Assembly: GCF_963921235.1 (NCBI RefSeq)
Contig: NC_086098.1
Coordinates: 2,604,001-2,668,000 of the forward strand
Source: Mobula hypostoma
Taxonomy: Eukaryota
Direction: 5' to 3'
DNA length: 64,000 nucleotides
Shown: positions 25,544 to 37,354 of the stretch, piece after piece
How positions within the stretch are numbered: the stretch's first letter is position 1
How the letters are laid out: each line of letters begins with the position of its first letter
Translations under genes and position numbers: made by a program
Notes under the pieces: model-generated
What the model saw: only the letters and a program-made list of their open reading frames with translations
The model's database searches: none
What the model was told of the DNA's origin: nothing

Positions 25544-26295
25544 AAGGCAGAGGATACACATGGAAAGCGGAGTATAACACAGAAAGTAGAAAATGCACAG
25601 TAAGAGAAGAGGATCCACACTGAAAGCTGAGAATACACACTAACTGCTGAGGGTACAGACTGAAAGCAGAGAATACGTAATAAATACAAAAGATACACAC
25701 AAAATGCAGAGGATACTCACTGAGCACAGAGGATACATACTGTAAGCATAGGATACACTCTCAAAGTATGGATACACACTAGGAGCAGAGGATATAAGGG
25801 GAAAACAGATGATGCACTCTAACAGCAGAGGATACACACTAAATGCAGAGGATACGCACAAAAAGCAGAGGACACACATTAAATACAGAGGACACACAGT
25901 GAAAACAAGGGCACACATTGAAAGCAGAGGATACACACCAACTACCAAGGACACACACTGAATGCAGTCTCTATATAATGTACGAATGGGATACACACTG
26001 AATGTTGAGAATACACACTGAAAGCAGAAAATGCAAAGAAAAAGAAGAGGATACACATTGAATGCCAAGAATTCACACTAAATGTAGAGGATACACACAA
26101 ATAGAAGAGGATACACTCTGAAGGAACAGGACACATTGTAAGCAAAGGATAAATTCTATCGGCATAAGGTACGCACTAAATGCAGAGGACATACTCTGAA
26201 AGCATAGGATACACACAGAAGGGAGGGGATATATACTAAATGCAGAGGGTACACACTGAAAGTAGAGGATACGCACTGAAATAAGAATATACACT
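25544..26295. repeat. Degenerate 20-bp minisatellite, consensus ~GCAGAGGATACACACTGAAA
   Basis: Tandem units visible over ~750 bp. Confidence 0.9.
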
Positions 26296-26354
26296 CGTAA
26301 TGCACTCGTTATTTATAAATAGATTAATAGATAAATCTGGTGTAAACAAATCAT

Positions 26355-26660
26355 AAAGTCCCCCACCATCCAAGACATGAGCTCTTTGCATTACTACCCT
26401 CACTGAGGAGCTACTGGAGCCAGAAGACTGATGGCAGAAGGGAAGATAGCCCTTCCATAATGCATATGGAGAAGAGCTTCTGCCCCTCTGCCATCATATT
26501 CTGAATGATCCATGAACTCATATTCACTACCTCACTATTCCTCTTTTGGAATATTTTTGTAACTTACCGTCATCCTTATGTATTACAATGTACTCCTGAA
26601 ACAAAGCCAAAAAAATTCACAAGCTATGTCAGTGATAATAAACCTGAATTTTATTCTGAG
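26355..26660 (+). mobile_element. Rex1/Babar-type 3' fragment
   Basis: 3' end gtcagtgataataaacctga shared with other copies. Confidence 0.65.
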
Positions 26661-27049
26661 TGACAGCACAAAATTAGCTATTTGAATTTGCCATTATTGA
26701 CACAATAGGCCAATGGCCTCCTTATCTATTGGGTCATTCGAGGACTCTTACTGTTCATTACATTGCTGGTGTTTAGCGCAGCAATGAAGGGCCCTCATCT
26801 CTCTCTGTCCTTGGCCATCTTCTCTATTGTGCCCTCTATTTTGTGCTTCTCTATTTTTCCTCTCTGCTATGGCATCAAGTTGTCTTTGGTCTCCCACGTT
26901 TCCTCTGCCCTTCAGGTCTCCAATGAAGTGCGGTCTCGATGATAGAGTTGGCCTCTCCTCTCATCACGTGCCCAATTAATCCCCATGACGATTGTGGCCA
27001 TGTCCTTTTGGTCGACACCGAAGGAGTAGGATGTGGTTGGAGGTCCTTC

Positions 27050-27705
27050 TTTGCCACCGCGCGCGGCCTCTCCAGTGACTGATACCTGTTATCTGTCAAG
27101 TAGGGGACTGTGCACAATTCTGATTTGATGGAGACGGACGTAAGAGTACGGAGGAACATCTGGAAAACTTCTGAAATGCCCACATTGCTGCCGCTGCTAC
27201 TGTGTGGTAACCGGAATCTCCGGAGCAGAAGGCCCCGAAATCCTCGTCTTTGCGTGTTTCAGCGGCCGGGGCGAGGTCAAAGCGCTCGGCAGAGGATGGC
27301 ACTCGGGAGGCTGTATTGGAGCGGCTGGTTGGAGGCTCGAAGTTTTCGGACGGATGGACTCAGTGTCGGCTGTGGTCAGCTGCTTCCAAGGCATCGGCGA
27401 GTTGACGGTTTCTGGAGGTTTATGGCAGAGAGTTTCTCCCTTTTGCCGCCTGCTATCGGGGACTCAGGAGTTGATCAACTCGGGGACTTTGAGACTATTT
27501 TTACCGTGCCCATGCTTCATCAAATTATGCTATTGCTTTGCACTGCTGTAACTATATGTTATAATTATGTGGTTCTGTCAGTGTTAGTTTTTGGTTTGTC
27601 CTGTTTTCTGTGATATCACTCTGGAGAAACATTGTAACATTTCTTAATGCACGTATGCATTTCTAAATGACAATAAAAGAGGACTGAGTGTTCTCATAAT
27701 CTAAA
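27050..27705 (+). mobile_element. Non-coding ~650 bp retroposon family, copy 2
   Basis: Collinear with 1837-2475. Confidence 0.8.
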
Positions 27706-27748
27706 TACAGAGGATCTTCTGGAGTCTCATGGTGTGGAATGATGACAG

Positions 27749-29716
27749 TGATTGATTGGACCATCGAATGGTTGGACAGTGGTGCACATGCAGCTGAAGC
27801 CTTCCCAGGTCTGTAGTGGAGCTTAAAAAAGCAGCCAGATTTCAGTGGGAGTCTTTGATTGAACAGTGGTACATACGTAGGAGAAGTGTTCCTATACAGG
27901 TTGAGACTGGAGCTTGGGAAACCCAGTTTCCATAGAAGAGAGGTACTGTCTAACAGAGCGGTTATCGTGGAAGTGGTCTGATTCAGAATGGTAAGGCTTT
28001 GGCTCAACAGGCTTCAGTGAAAACAGGCAGAGGTGAGGTAATTAGGCATGTTTATTTCTTATTTAACTCTTGAACGAATGTCTAAAGGACCAGTGTTCTG
28101 TGTGTCAGATGTGGGATGCCCAGGAGACTTGCAGACTCCCCATTGGCCATATTGCGCCAGGTGCATCGAGATGCAGCTCCTTAGAGACTGTTAGGGAACT
28201 GGAGCTGCAGCTCGATGACCTTCGGCTTGTTAGGGAGAGTGAGGCAGTGATAGATAGGAACTACAGGGAGGTAGTCACCCCGAGGCTACAGGAGACAGAT
28301 AAATGGGTAACAGTTAACAGATGGAAGGAGAAACATCAGAGAGTGGAGAGCACTCCTGTGGTCATCCCTCTCAACAATAAGTACTCCATTTTAAGTACTG
28401 TTGATGGACGACCTACCTGGGGGGAGAAACAGCGGTCATGCCTCTGGCACCGAGTCTGGCCCTGTGGCTCAGAAGGGTAGGGAACAGAAGAGGATAGCAG
28501 CAGTAATAAAGGGACTCTGTAGTCAGAGGGACAGATAGGGGAATCTGTGGACATGAAAAAGAAACACAGATGGCAGTTTGCCTCCCAGATGCCAGGGTCC
28601 AAAATGTTTCTGAACGCAACCACAATATCCTAAAAAGAGAGGGTGAGTAGCCAGAAGTCGTGGTACATATTGGTATCAATGACATAGGTAGAAGATGGAA
28701 GGAGGTCCTGAAAAAAGAATACATGGAGATAGGAAGGAAGCTGAGAAGCAGGACCTCAAGGGTAGTGATCTCGGGATTGCTGCCTGTGCCACACGACGGT
28801 GAGGATAGGAATAGAATGAGGTGGCAGATAAATGTGTGGCTGAAGAATTGGAGGAAGTGGCAGGGATTCAGATTTCTGGATCATTGTGACATCTTCTAGG
28901 GCAGGTGGGACCTGTACAAAAGGGACAAGGCACACTTGAATCCGATGGGGACTAATATTCCTGCAGGCAGGTTTGTTAGAACGGTTGGGAGTGATTTAAA
29001 TTAATATGTCAGGGTGATGGGAACCAGTATGACAGAGCTGAGGATGAGCCAGCAGGTTTACAAGTAGATGATGGATGTAATGTGAATGTAAGGAAGGACA
29101 AGCCAATGACTGGGTACAAATGCAGACAGAGCAAAGAGTTAAATTGTACCACGGAGGCAAAAGGTAGAAGAATGCAGACTGAAGGTGCTGTATTTAAATG
29201 CACATAGAATTCAGAATAAGGTGGCTGAACTTTTGGCACAATTAGAGATTGGTCAGTGTAACGTGCTGGGCATCATTGAGTTGTGGCTGAAAGAAGTTCA
29301 TTATTGGGACTTTAACGTCAAAGGATATACTTTGTATCGAAAGGGCAGACAGAAAGGCAGAGGCGGTGGTGTGTTTCTGTTGATAAGAGATGGAATTACA
29401 TCCTTAGAAAGAGGTGACATAGGGTCAATCAGTACTGAGCCTTTGTGGGTGGAGTTAAGAAACTGCAAGTGTGAAAAAACCATTATGGAAATCAGATGTA
29501 GGCCTGCAACTAGTAGCCAAGATGTATGGTTGAGATTGAAAAGAGAGCTGGAAAGGGCATATATTAAGGGTAATGTCACAATTATGATGGGGGACCTCAA
29601 TATGAAAGGGGATTGGGCAATCCAGGTTGCTGTTGGATCGCAAGAGAGGATATTTTTTCAATGCGCTTGAGATGGCTTTTCAGAACAACACGTGCATGAG
29701 CCAATGACATTGGTAA
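27749..29716 (+). mobile_element. CR1 5' portion (decayed ORF1 + partial APE), lacking RT and 3' end
   Basis: RELELQLDDLR, VHIGIND, LYLNAHRI, WVELRN; flanked by atgacag repeats. Confidence 0.85.
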
Positions 29717-30426
29717 ATGACAGCTTGACAAGATCATCCTCTGTCATGTGCCAGTGTTCCGATCCGTACAAGAGTGTGGACAGAACATAGGTCTGATATT
29801 GCTTCACTTGGGTGTGGACACTGTATTTGGTTGATTCTCATAGGTTGCTCATTGACCTGAAGATGTTTCTAGCTTTGCTGAGTCTACACTGGATGTCATC
29901 CTTGTTCCCACCATCCTGCTGAATCTTGCTGCCCAGGCAGGTGAATCTGCCAGTGCTGGGTAAGTCGATACCATATGCCTTAATGGGAGGAGGAGAGTCT
30001 ACTTGGATCTCCTGGTTTCAGTTTTGCTCTGGCTGCCTCAGATTCCAATCTGTCCACCAAAGGTACAGAGGCCAAGATTCTATGGTGCCTATTTTCATAT
30101 CACACAGTTTTTCTTTACATTATCCTACATTATCATCTAAGGTGCTAATTATATTTATCTGGTCTTTCTCAAGAGATACAGAGTAAAAAAGCTTATTCCC
30201 AATTGAAATCAATAACTGATTCTCAGCCACCTGTTAATAATGGTGGAATTTGGCAAGGAAGAATTTCTTTACAGTGATGTTTGTAGATAAGGTAAACTGG
30301 ATGGGTAATTTAAGTCATTTTGTTATGTACAGACAGAATTAATGACAGTCACAGAAAAGTCTTTTCACTCTATGTATTTTTCACTGGAGAGCAAAGCATA
30401 CATCAGATTGAAGTTCACTTATTATC

Positions 30427-30965
30427 TACTCTCAGTAGCCACTTGGTGAATTACCACCTGTACCTTACAAAGTGGCCACTGAGTATACGTTGATTGTTTT
30501 CTGCTGCTATAGCCCATCCACTTCGAGGTTCAACGTGCTGTGCGCCACTGCTGTAACTTCTTTGAGCTACTGTCACCTTCCTACCAGTTTAAATCAGTCT
30601 GGCCATTCTCCTCCGACCTCTCTCATTAACAAGGCATTTTCACCCACAGAACTGCCGCTCACTGGATGTTATTTTTTGTTTTTTGCACCATTCCCTATAA
30701 ACTCCTGAGACTACTGTTCATGAAAATTCCAGGAGATCAACAATACCTGAAATATTCAAACCATTCCGTCTGGCACCAACAGTCATTCCACGGTCAAAGT
30801 CACTTTGATTACTTTTCTTCCCCATTCTGATGTTGTGTTTGAACAGAACTGAACCTCTTGACCATGTCTACATGTTTTTATGCATTGAGTTGCTGACCCA
30901 TGATTGGCTGATTAGCTGTTTGCATTTACGAGCAGGTGTACCTAGTAAAGTGGCCACTGAGTGCA
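30427..30965 (-). mobile_element. Non-autonomous Tc1-like element copy B
   Basis: Imperfect TIRs tactctcagtagccactt / aaagtggccactgagtgca. Confidence 0.85.
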
Positions 30966-31061
30966 TCCAATGAAACTGTAATCCTGAATTATTTCTCCTG
31001 CTTCAGAATGTTTTTCCTTCTAATTTGATGACATTAGCTGCAAGTTGCCTACTTTAACATC

Positions 31062-31335
31062 AGCACAGTATGGTAGAGTAATGTATTACAATGCTAGTGA
31101 ACTTGGTTCAATTCCTGCTGCTGATTGTAAGGAGTCTGTAAGTTCTTCCTATGAGCACATGGATGCTCTGGTTCCCTCCTCAATCCCAAGGATGTAGGAG
31201 TTAGGGTTCGTAAATTGCAGGCATGCTATGTTGGTCATCCTTGCAGGCTGTCCCTAGCACATCCTCTGTGTTGGTCGTTGATGCAAACGACTCATGTCTC
31301 TATTTGCTTTGATATGCTACATTAAAAATAATCTT
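31062..31335 (+). mobile_element. SINE, decayed
   Basis: tRNA-like head with ggttcaattcc B box. Confidence 0.6.
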
Positions 31336-31859
31336 AAAATCCTTAAAAAATTTGAAAAGGAAGATGCAAATCTTTATGAATATGTTTGAAACATTTGCAA
31401 TTTCACCAAAGCATGAAGGACCTATCAGCATTTTTTTGTTCATTGATTATGGAGTATTCTCTCACCAAAGTGTGTGATATCTGTGCAGTTATCCACCTTA
31501 AGAGCTTTTTTAAGATTTGCTGTCATTTGACTAAGCATCCTCCTGGGTTAGAAGTCCAGCATCTGCAACACATCAGCTGAGCCCTCAGGTCTCCTTTCTA
31601 ATTATACTTAAAATTAATTCACAATGTCCTATAGTCATCATCATAATTTATTCAAATTATCCATACACTACATTGGTTGAGGTCATCTGCTCTAAACTCA
31701 CTTTCTCATTGCAATTCGATGCCCTTGAAAATGCATTCCAACACAGTTTAATTGAAATTGGCTGTAAGATAGGGAGAAGGTGGCTTGTTCCTTGTCAGCA
31801 AACTCCTTTGGCTCTTTCATATCTCATCGTAGAAAGAGATTTTTGATTCATATGCCTCC

Positions 31860-32422
31860 TTCATATCTCATATTTACCATAACTAGGGGCCGTGGACAAT
31901 TCTGATTCAATGGAGAACGGACGTGAAAGCACAGAGGAACATCTGGAGAAATTTCTGAAACGCCCATCCACTGTGTGGTCGGGAATTTTTCGGAGGGCAG
32001 GCCTCAAAATCCCCAGCCTTGCCTGCTTTTGGCGACTGAGAAGGAGGTCGAATTGTTCAGACAAAGATGGCGCACAGTACTCGGTGTCGGAGAGCTGATC
32101 AGAGCTCGAAGTTTTTGGATGACTCAGAGTCGGCCCGTGGTCGGGTATGGCAGGGAGAGTTTTTCTTCCTTCTCCTGTCTGTGTGAGATGTGGGACATTT
32201 GAGAAACTTTGAACTTTTACTGTGCTCACAGACTTCTTCATCAGGTTATGGTATTGTTGCACTGTTGTAACTATGTGTTATAATTATGTGGTTTTGTCAG
32301 TTTTTTCAATCTTGGTCTGTCCTGTGTTTTGTGATATCACACCGGAGGAAATATTGTATCATTTCTTATTGCATGCATTACTAAATGACAATAAAAGGGA
32401 CTAAGTGTTGTCATAATCTAAA
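31860..32422 (+). mobile_element. Non-coding ~650 bp retroposon family, copy 3 (5'-shortened)
   Basis: Collinear with copies 1 and 2. Confidence 0.8.
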
Positions 32423-32567
32423 ATGTAAAAAACTACTTGAAAACGATGACAGACTGAGTTCAACTGTTGAAATGTGAATTGACTCACCCCTGTCTGTACC
32501 AAGAATGAGGACATTCTATATTCAGACCATGGACCGTTCCACCACATAAAAAAGCAGATATTATTGT

Positions 32568-32703
32568 GAACATGAGAAATATTGCAGATGCTAGAAATCT
32601 AGAACAACACCCACAAAATGCTGGAGGAACTCAGCAGGTCAGGCAGCATCAATGGACGGGAATAAATAGTTGATGTTTCGGGCTGAGACCCTTCGTTAGG
32701 ACT
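32568..32703 (-). mobile_element. Penelope-type terminal repeat with mutated hammerhead core (CTAACGA)
   Basis: Collinear with 33296-33427. Confidence 0.8.
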
Positions 32704-32754
32704 CAATGAAATCCAGATTAGAATCATGAAGTCCAGATTAGATTGCTGTATTAG

Positions 32755-33275
32755 TCACAGAGTCATAGAACATGATGGCCCTTCAGCCCATCTTGCATAT
32801 GCAAAACTGTTATTCTGCCTGGTATCATCGATCCTCACATGGGCCATAGTCCTCCATACTACTCCTATCTATGCAGTTATCCAAACTTCTCTTAAATGTT
32901 GCAATCAACCCCACCTTTACCACTTCCACTCCAGCTTCCTCCATCCACATTCTTACCACTCTCTGAGTGAGGGTGTTCTCCCTAAAGTTCCTTAAACTTT
33001 TTACTTTCACCCATAATGTATGATGTCTAGCTCTAGTCTCACCCAACCTCAGTAGAAAAAGCCAGCTTGCATTTACCCTATCTATACCCCTCATAATTTT
33101 GTATACCTCCATCAAATCTCCCCTCAGTCTCATCTGCTCCAGAAAAGAAAGTTCTAACCTATTCAACCTTTCCCTATAATTCAGGCCCGCAGGTCCTGGT
33201 AACATCAACTTTATTGATATCTTTCCTGTAGATTGGAGACAAGATCTGCACACAATAGCAATACACCAAATTGCA
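32755..33275 (-). mobile_element. CR1 LINE 3' part
   Basis: LNYRERLNRL..RLRGDLMEVYKIMRG. Confidence 0.85.
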
Positions 33276-33391
33276 AACAATTATATCCATAGTAAACAAC
33301 AGGAATTCTGCAGATGCTGGAAATTCAAGCAACACACATCAAAGTTGCTGGTGAACGCAGCAGGCCAGGCAGCATCTATAGGAAGAGGCGC

Positions 33392-33427
33392 AGTTGACGT
33401 TTCAGGCCGAGACCCTTCGTCAGGACT
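33392..33427 (-). ncRNA. Hammerhead motif, opposite arm (one stem I mismatch)
   Basis: AGTC-CTGACGA-AGGGTCTCGGCCT-GAAACGTC-AACT. Confidence 0.65.
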
Positions 33428-33516
33428 AACTGAAGGAAGAGTGAGTAAGGGATTTGAAAGCTGGAGGGGGAGGGGGAGATGCAAAATCAAATCCCTTACT
33501 CACTCTTCCTTCAGTT

Positions 33517-33552
33517 AGTCCTGACGAAGGGTCTCGGCCTGAAACGTCGACT
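33517..33552 (+). ncRNA. Minimal type I hammerhead ribozyme motif
   Basis: AGTC-CTGACGA-AGG(GTCTCGG)CCT-GAAACGTC-GACT: stem I, CUGANGA core, stem II, GAAA, palindromic ACGU, GUC cleavage triplet. Confidence 0.8.
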
Positions 33553-33741
33553 GCGCCTCTTCCTATAGATGCTGCCTGGCCTGCTGCGTTCACCAGCAAC
33601 TTTGATATCCATAGTAATTTAGATTTGTTCCTATCCCACCGCTAAGTACTTGCATCTCAGATATCACAACCTCTGAGGAATATTTACATGATGTACCCAA
33701 ACGTGAGCTCAGGATTTCAGGAAACAACTCAGTTGAACCAC

Positions 33742-34240
33742 ATGAATCAGCATTAGGCTTAATATCACCGGCACACGTTGTGAAATTTGTTAACTTTGTG
33801 GCAGCAGTACAATGCAATGCATGATAATATAGAAAAAAACTGAATTACAGTAAATATATATATATATTATATACATATCTGTATGCATATTAAATAATAA
33901 TTACATTAAATAATTAGTACAAAAGTGGCAGAGGGGATTCACTGAGTTTTTGTCTTTAGGCTTTTGTTCCACTTTCCTAGTGGTAGGAATGAGAAGAGGG
34001 CATATCCAGATTGATGGGGTTTTGATGATGGATGCCACCTTTCTGAGGCACCTGAAGATGTCCTGGATTCTACAGAGGCTAGTTCTCATGATGGAGTTAA
34101 CTCAGTTTACAACTCGCTGCAGCTGACTTTGATTCTGTGCAGTAGCCCCATCCCCACCCCCCACAATACCAGCCGGTGATGCAGCTGGTCAGAATGCTCT
34201 CCATTGTACACATGTAGAGATTTGCAAGTGTTTCAGGTGG
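33742..34240 (-). mobile_element. Rex1/Babar-type 3' fragment
   Basis: IQDIFRCLRKVASIIK; shared 3' end; similar copy at 37500-38110. Confidence 0.75.
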
Positions 34241-35162
34241 GCTATGTCACCTGCCTAACTTTGGATCATATTTCCATCTTGTAATATTCAAGATCAAGAT
34301 TCAAGCACATTTATTATTGAAGAATGTGTAAATTATACACCAGTCTGCTTACCGGAGGCCACAAAGCAAGAAACCCAAATAACCCATTTTTAAAAAAATC
34401 TAAAATCCACTGTGCAGAGAAAGAGAGAGAAAACTTAGCACATCATGCAAACATTCAAATAAAGCCGACAGCAACCTGAACACAGAATGAGCCCCAGATC
34501 CATTCCTGGAGTGCCGGAGCAGGCCCAAACCGGGACTCAGACACCAGTTCATCACTCCAGTAGGGCAGAAGGCAGAGCAGCTGGATCCGTTCACAGCCTC
34601 AGCACCATGGCGAAAGGAATAGATAAATATGGGACAGCATGCAAGATCAACCCCACTTTTGCCTCCAAAACTGACCCTCGGCTTCCAGTCTGTCTGGGCC
34701 AACCTTTACATTGTCCAAGCACCGAGTGGTGCCATGCTCCAGGACCTGGATCCAGGTGCCCAAAGCTGTTCTTGATCTCACCAAATCAACTCACCACTGG
34801 GAGCAATCCAACCTCACACCCGGTTTAGGTGGATGAGCATCAAAACTCTTCGGCATTGACTCCTTCCAAGTCGTTCACTCCATTTTGGCACTGATGAAAA
34901 ATCTGTCTAGGAGCCCATCTTGAACACATTGTGCCTTGCAATACCCCAGCATGCTTCATCCTCCAAACCAACCTCCCCTTCACCTGCCTCCTCATTGTCA
35001 GTGATGATAGTCCACCACAATTTGCCTCAGAAAAGAGATCATAGGGATATATTCAGTCAAATCTCTTGCCTCATGATTTACCAGTAAGCTGTCACACATC
35101 TTCGGTAGCGTCATCTCAAATTGGAAGTATCTGTCAAGGCATCGTCTTTCAGAAATGTGGCT

Positions 35163-35427
35163 CACTCTCTGATGATGGATACATTGTTTTATCTGCACTC
35201 TCAGATGATGGGTATATTGTTCTAATGGCACTCTCAGTTGGCGGTACCTTTCTCAAGCACCACTCTCAGATGATGGGTACGTTGTCCTAATGGTACTCTC
35301 AAATGGGGGGTACATTGTTCTAACTGCACTCTCAGATGGTGGTACATTTCTCAAACTGCACTCTCAGATAGTGGGTACATTGTTCTAACTGCACTCTCAG
35401 ATGGTGGGTACATTGCTTTATCTGCAC
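35163..35427. repeat. 32/33-bp minisatellite, 8 units, consensus ~CACTCTCAGATGRTGGGTACATTGTTCTAACTG
   Basis: Direct inspection. Confidence 0.9.
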
Positions 35428-35574
35428 AATGGAATTCTAATACTTCACCAGATTATCTAATTTTCCAGCAAGTTGGTAACAGTATGCCTTTAGGGCATTA
35501 CAGGATATATTTTAATATGTTTGCTCTCTTTCCTCTAAACTCCTGAGAATATTGATCTAATTTCTTTGGAGACA

Positions 35575-35760
35575 ATCTAGATTCTCCAGATTCTGGAAAT
35601 CGCCAGTAACACACACAAAATATTGGAGGAATTCAGAAGGTCAGGCAGCATCTATGGAGGGGAAATGAACAACCAGTCCTGACAAAGTTTCTTAGTCTGT
35701 AAAATTAACTGTTTATTTGCCTGAGTTCCTGGTGAGCTCTTCCATAATTTTGTGTCTACT
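35575..35760. mobile_element. Penelope-type fold-back remnant, decayed
   Basis: Terminal motif, then cagtcctgacaaag.. and imperfect reverse complement. Confidence 0.6.
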
Positions 35761-36921
35761 TTTCTAATTTCTTTAGCCATCCATGACAGGAAAACCCTTT
35801 TGTTTAACTTCAGGCTGAGAAGGATATGGGCCAAAAGCAGGTAGATGGTACTAGCTCAGAAAGACATCCTATGGGTACGAATGAATAGTGCTGTAGGGAC
35901 TTCCCATGCTGGACATCTCCATGATTCTATGACGTCAGTCTTCAATATGACATGTGACCAGGGCGAGAATGGCTTTGATGATCCATTGCTAAAAAAATGT
36001 AGATTCATTTTAATAGCTCAAATAACTCAGCAATAAAGGAAACACTACAGTCGAACAGTGATACTGTTTGGGTAATCAATAACTAATTTCCAATTTGACT
36101 TGTGATCTGCAGATTTGTCCACATTTGCAATTATAATAATGATACATTGATTTTATGCTGCTGTTTTAATGTGCACCCTTCGCAGTGACTCGGGAAAGAG
36201 TGAAAGGCAAATGTCTCTCTCTCCTACTCCCAGGAATTGTGACAAGCTGAATGGTCAGAAGCCAATAAATCATTCACAAAATCATGAGTGTCAGGACCGA
36301 GATTCAGTTTACAAACAGAAAATCAATTTACAACAGAAGCTTAGAGCGGGACAATGTTCTTAATTACAAGAATGGCTCTTGTGTATTCAGAAAGTTCACA
36401 ACACACTGGCCCAGGTTTAGTACTCACAACGAGCCTACACTCAGTGGCCACTTTATGAGTTACTCCTGTATCTGTTCATGGTCTTCAGCTGCTGTAGCCC
36501 ATCCATTTCAAGGTTCAATGTGTTGTGCATTCAGAGATGCTTTCCGGAACACTACTTTTGTAACACATTGTTATTTGCATTTATTTTGCCTTCCTGTCAG
36601 CTTGAACCAGTCTGGCTATTCTCCTCTGAATTCTCTTATTAACAAAGCATTTTTGTCCACAAAACTTTTTTTTTGTCTCTTGCATCACTGTCTGTAAACT
36701 CCAGAGACTGTTCTATATACAAGTGCCTGGAAATGAGCAGTTTCTGAGATACTCAAACCACCCTGTCTGGCACCAACAATTATTCCACGGTCAAAGTCAC
36801 TAGAATCACATTTCTTCCCCACTCTGATGTTTGGTCTGAACAACTGATCCTCTTGACCATGTCTGCATGCTTTTATGCATTGAGTTGCTACAACATGTTT
36901 GGCTGATTAGATATTTGCATT

Positions 36922-37102
36922 CACGAGGAAATCTGCAGTGCTGGAAATTCAAGCAACACACACAAAAAATGCTGGTGAACACAACAGGCCCGGCGGCATC
37001 AATAGGAAGAGGTACAGTCGACGTTTCAGGCTGGGACCCTTCGTCAGGACTATAGATGCTGCCTGGCCTGCTGCGTTCACCAGCATTTTGTGTGTGTGTT
37101 GC
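36922..37102. mobile_element. Penelope-type fold-back insertion inside Tc1 copy C
   Basis: TSD tagRtatttgcatt at 36908-36921 and 37103-37116; partial inverted arm from ~37050. Confidence 0.85.
37016..37051 (-). ncRNA. Minimal type I hammerhead ribozyme motif, intact
   Basis: AGTC-CTGACGA-AGG(GTCCCAG)CCT-GAAACGTC-GACT. Confidence 0.8.
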
Positions 37103-37354
37103 TAGGTATTTGCATTAATGAGCAGGTGTACAGGTGTACATAATAAACTGGCCACTAAGTGCATGGTGAATAGCTGAACATATTTTACTTGCTTTCTGGC
37201 CAAATCAATCTTGGAGCTGATGGGGAAGTCTTGGATGGTGTATGGCATTATGTGACAAAATTCGGCCAGGTGAACACATGCATCTCATGCATTGCTTTCA
37301 AAAAGCATTGCCTAACAGCAAAAGCCTTGTAACCTGCCACATTCTTTTGAGATC

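Larger units (their letters stand above)
26740..29985 (-). mobile_element. RTE-clade LINE RT 3' part, split by two insertions
   Basis: LIGHVMR..ALHWRPEGQRKRGRPKTT; ..WHMTEDDLVK (~29722-29752) joins LSSFHTMRLQKILC (~27706-27748). Confidence 0.8.
33296..33604. mobile_element. Penelope-type fold-back insertion with 13-bp TSD
   Basis: Inverted arms 33340-33457 / 33487-33604 (one mismatch seen); TSD atatccatagtaa at 33283-33295 and 33605-33617. Confidence 0.9.
36436..37163 (-). mobile_element. Non-autonomous Tc1-like element copy C
   Basis: TIRs tacactcagtggccacttta / taaactggccactaagtgca. Confidence 0.88.

Noticed and set aside
25544..26295. CRISPR-like regular repeats and Cys-rich ORFs
   Set aside because: Contiguous degenerate units without unique spacers; eukaryotic context; no cas genes
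35163..35427. 33-bp repeat as CRISPR array or coding repeat
   Set aside because: No spacers; 32-bp units break the frame
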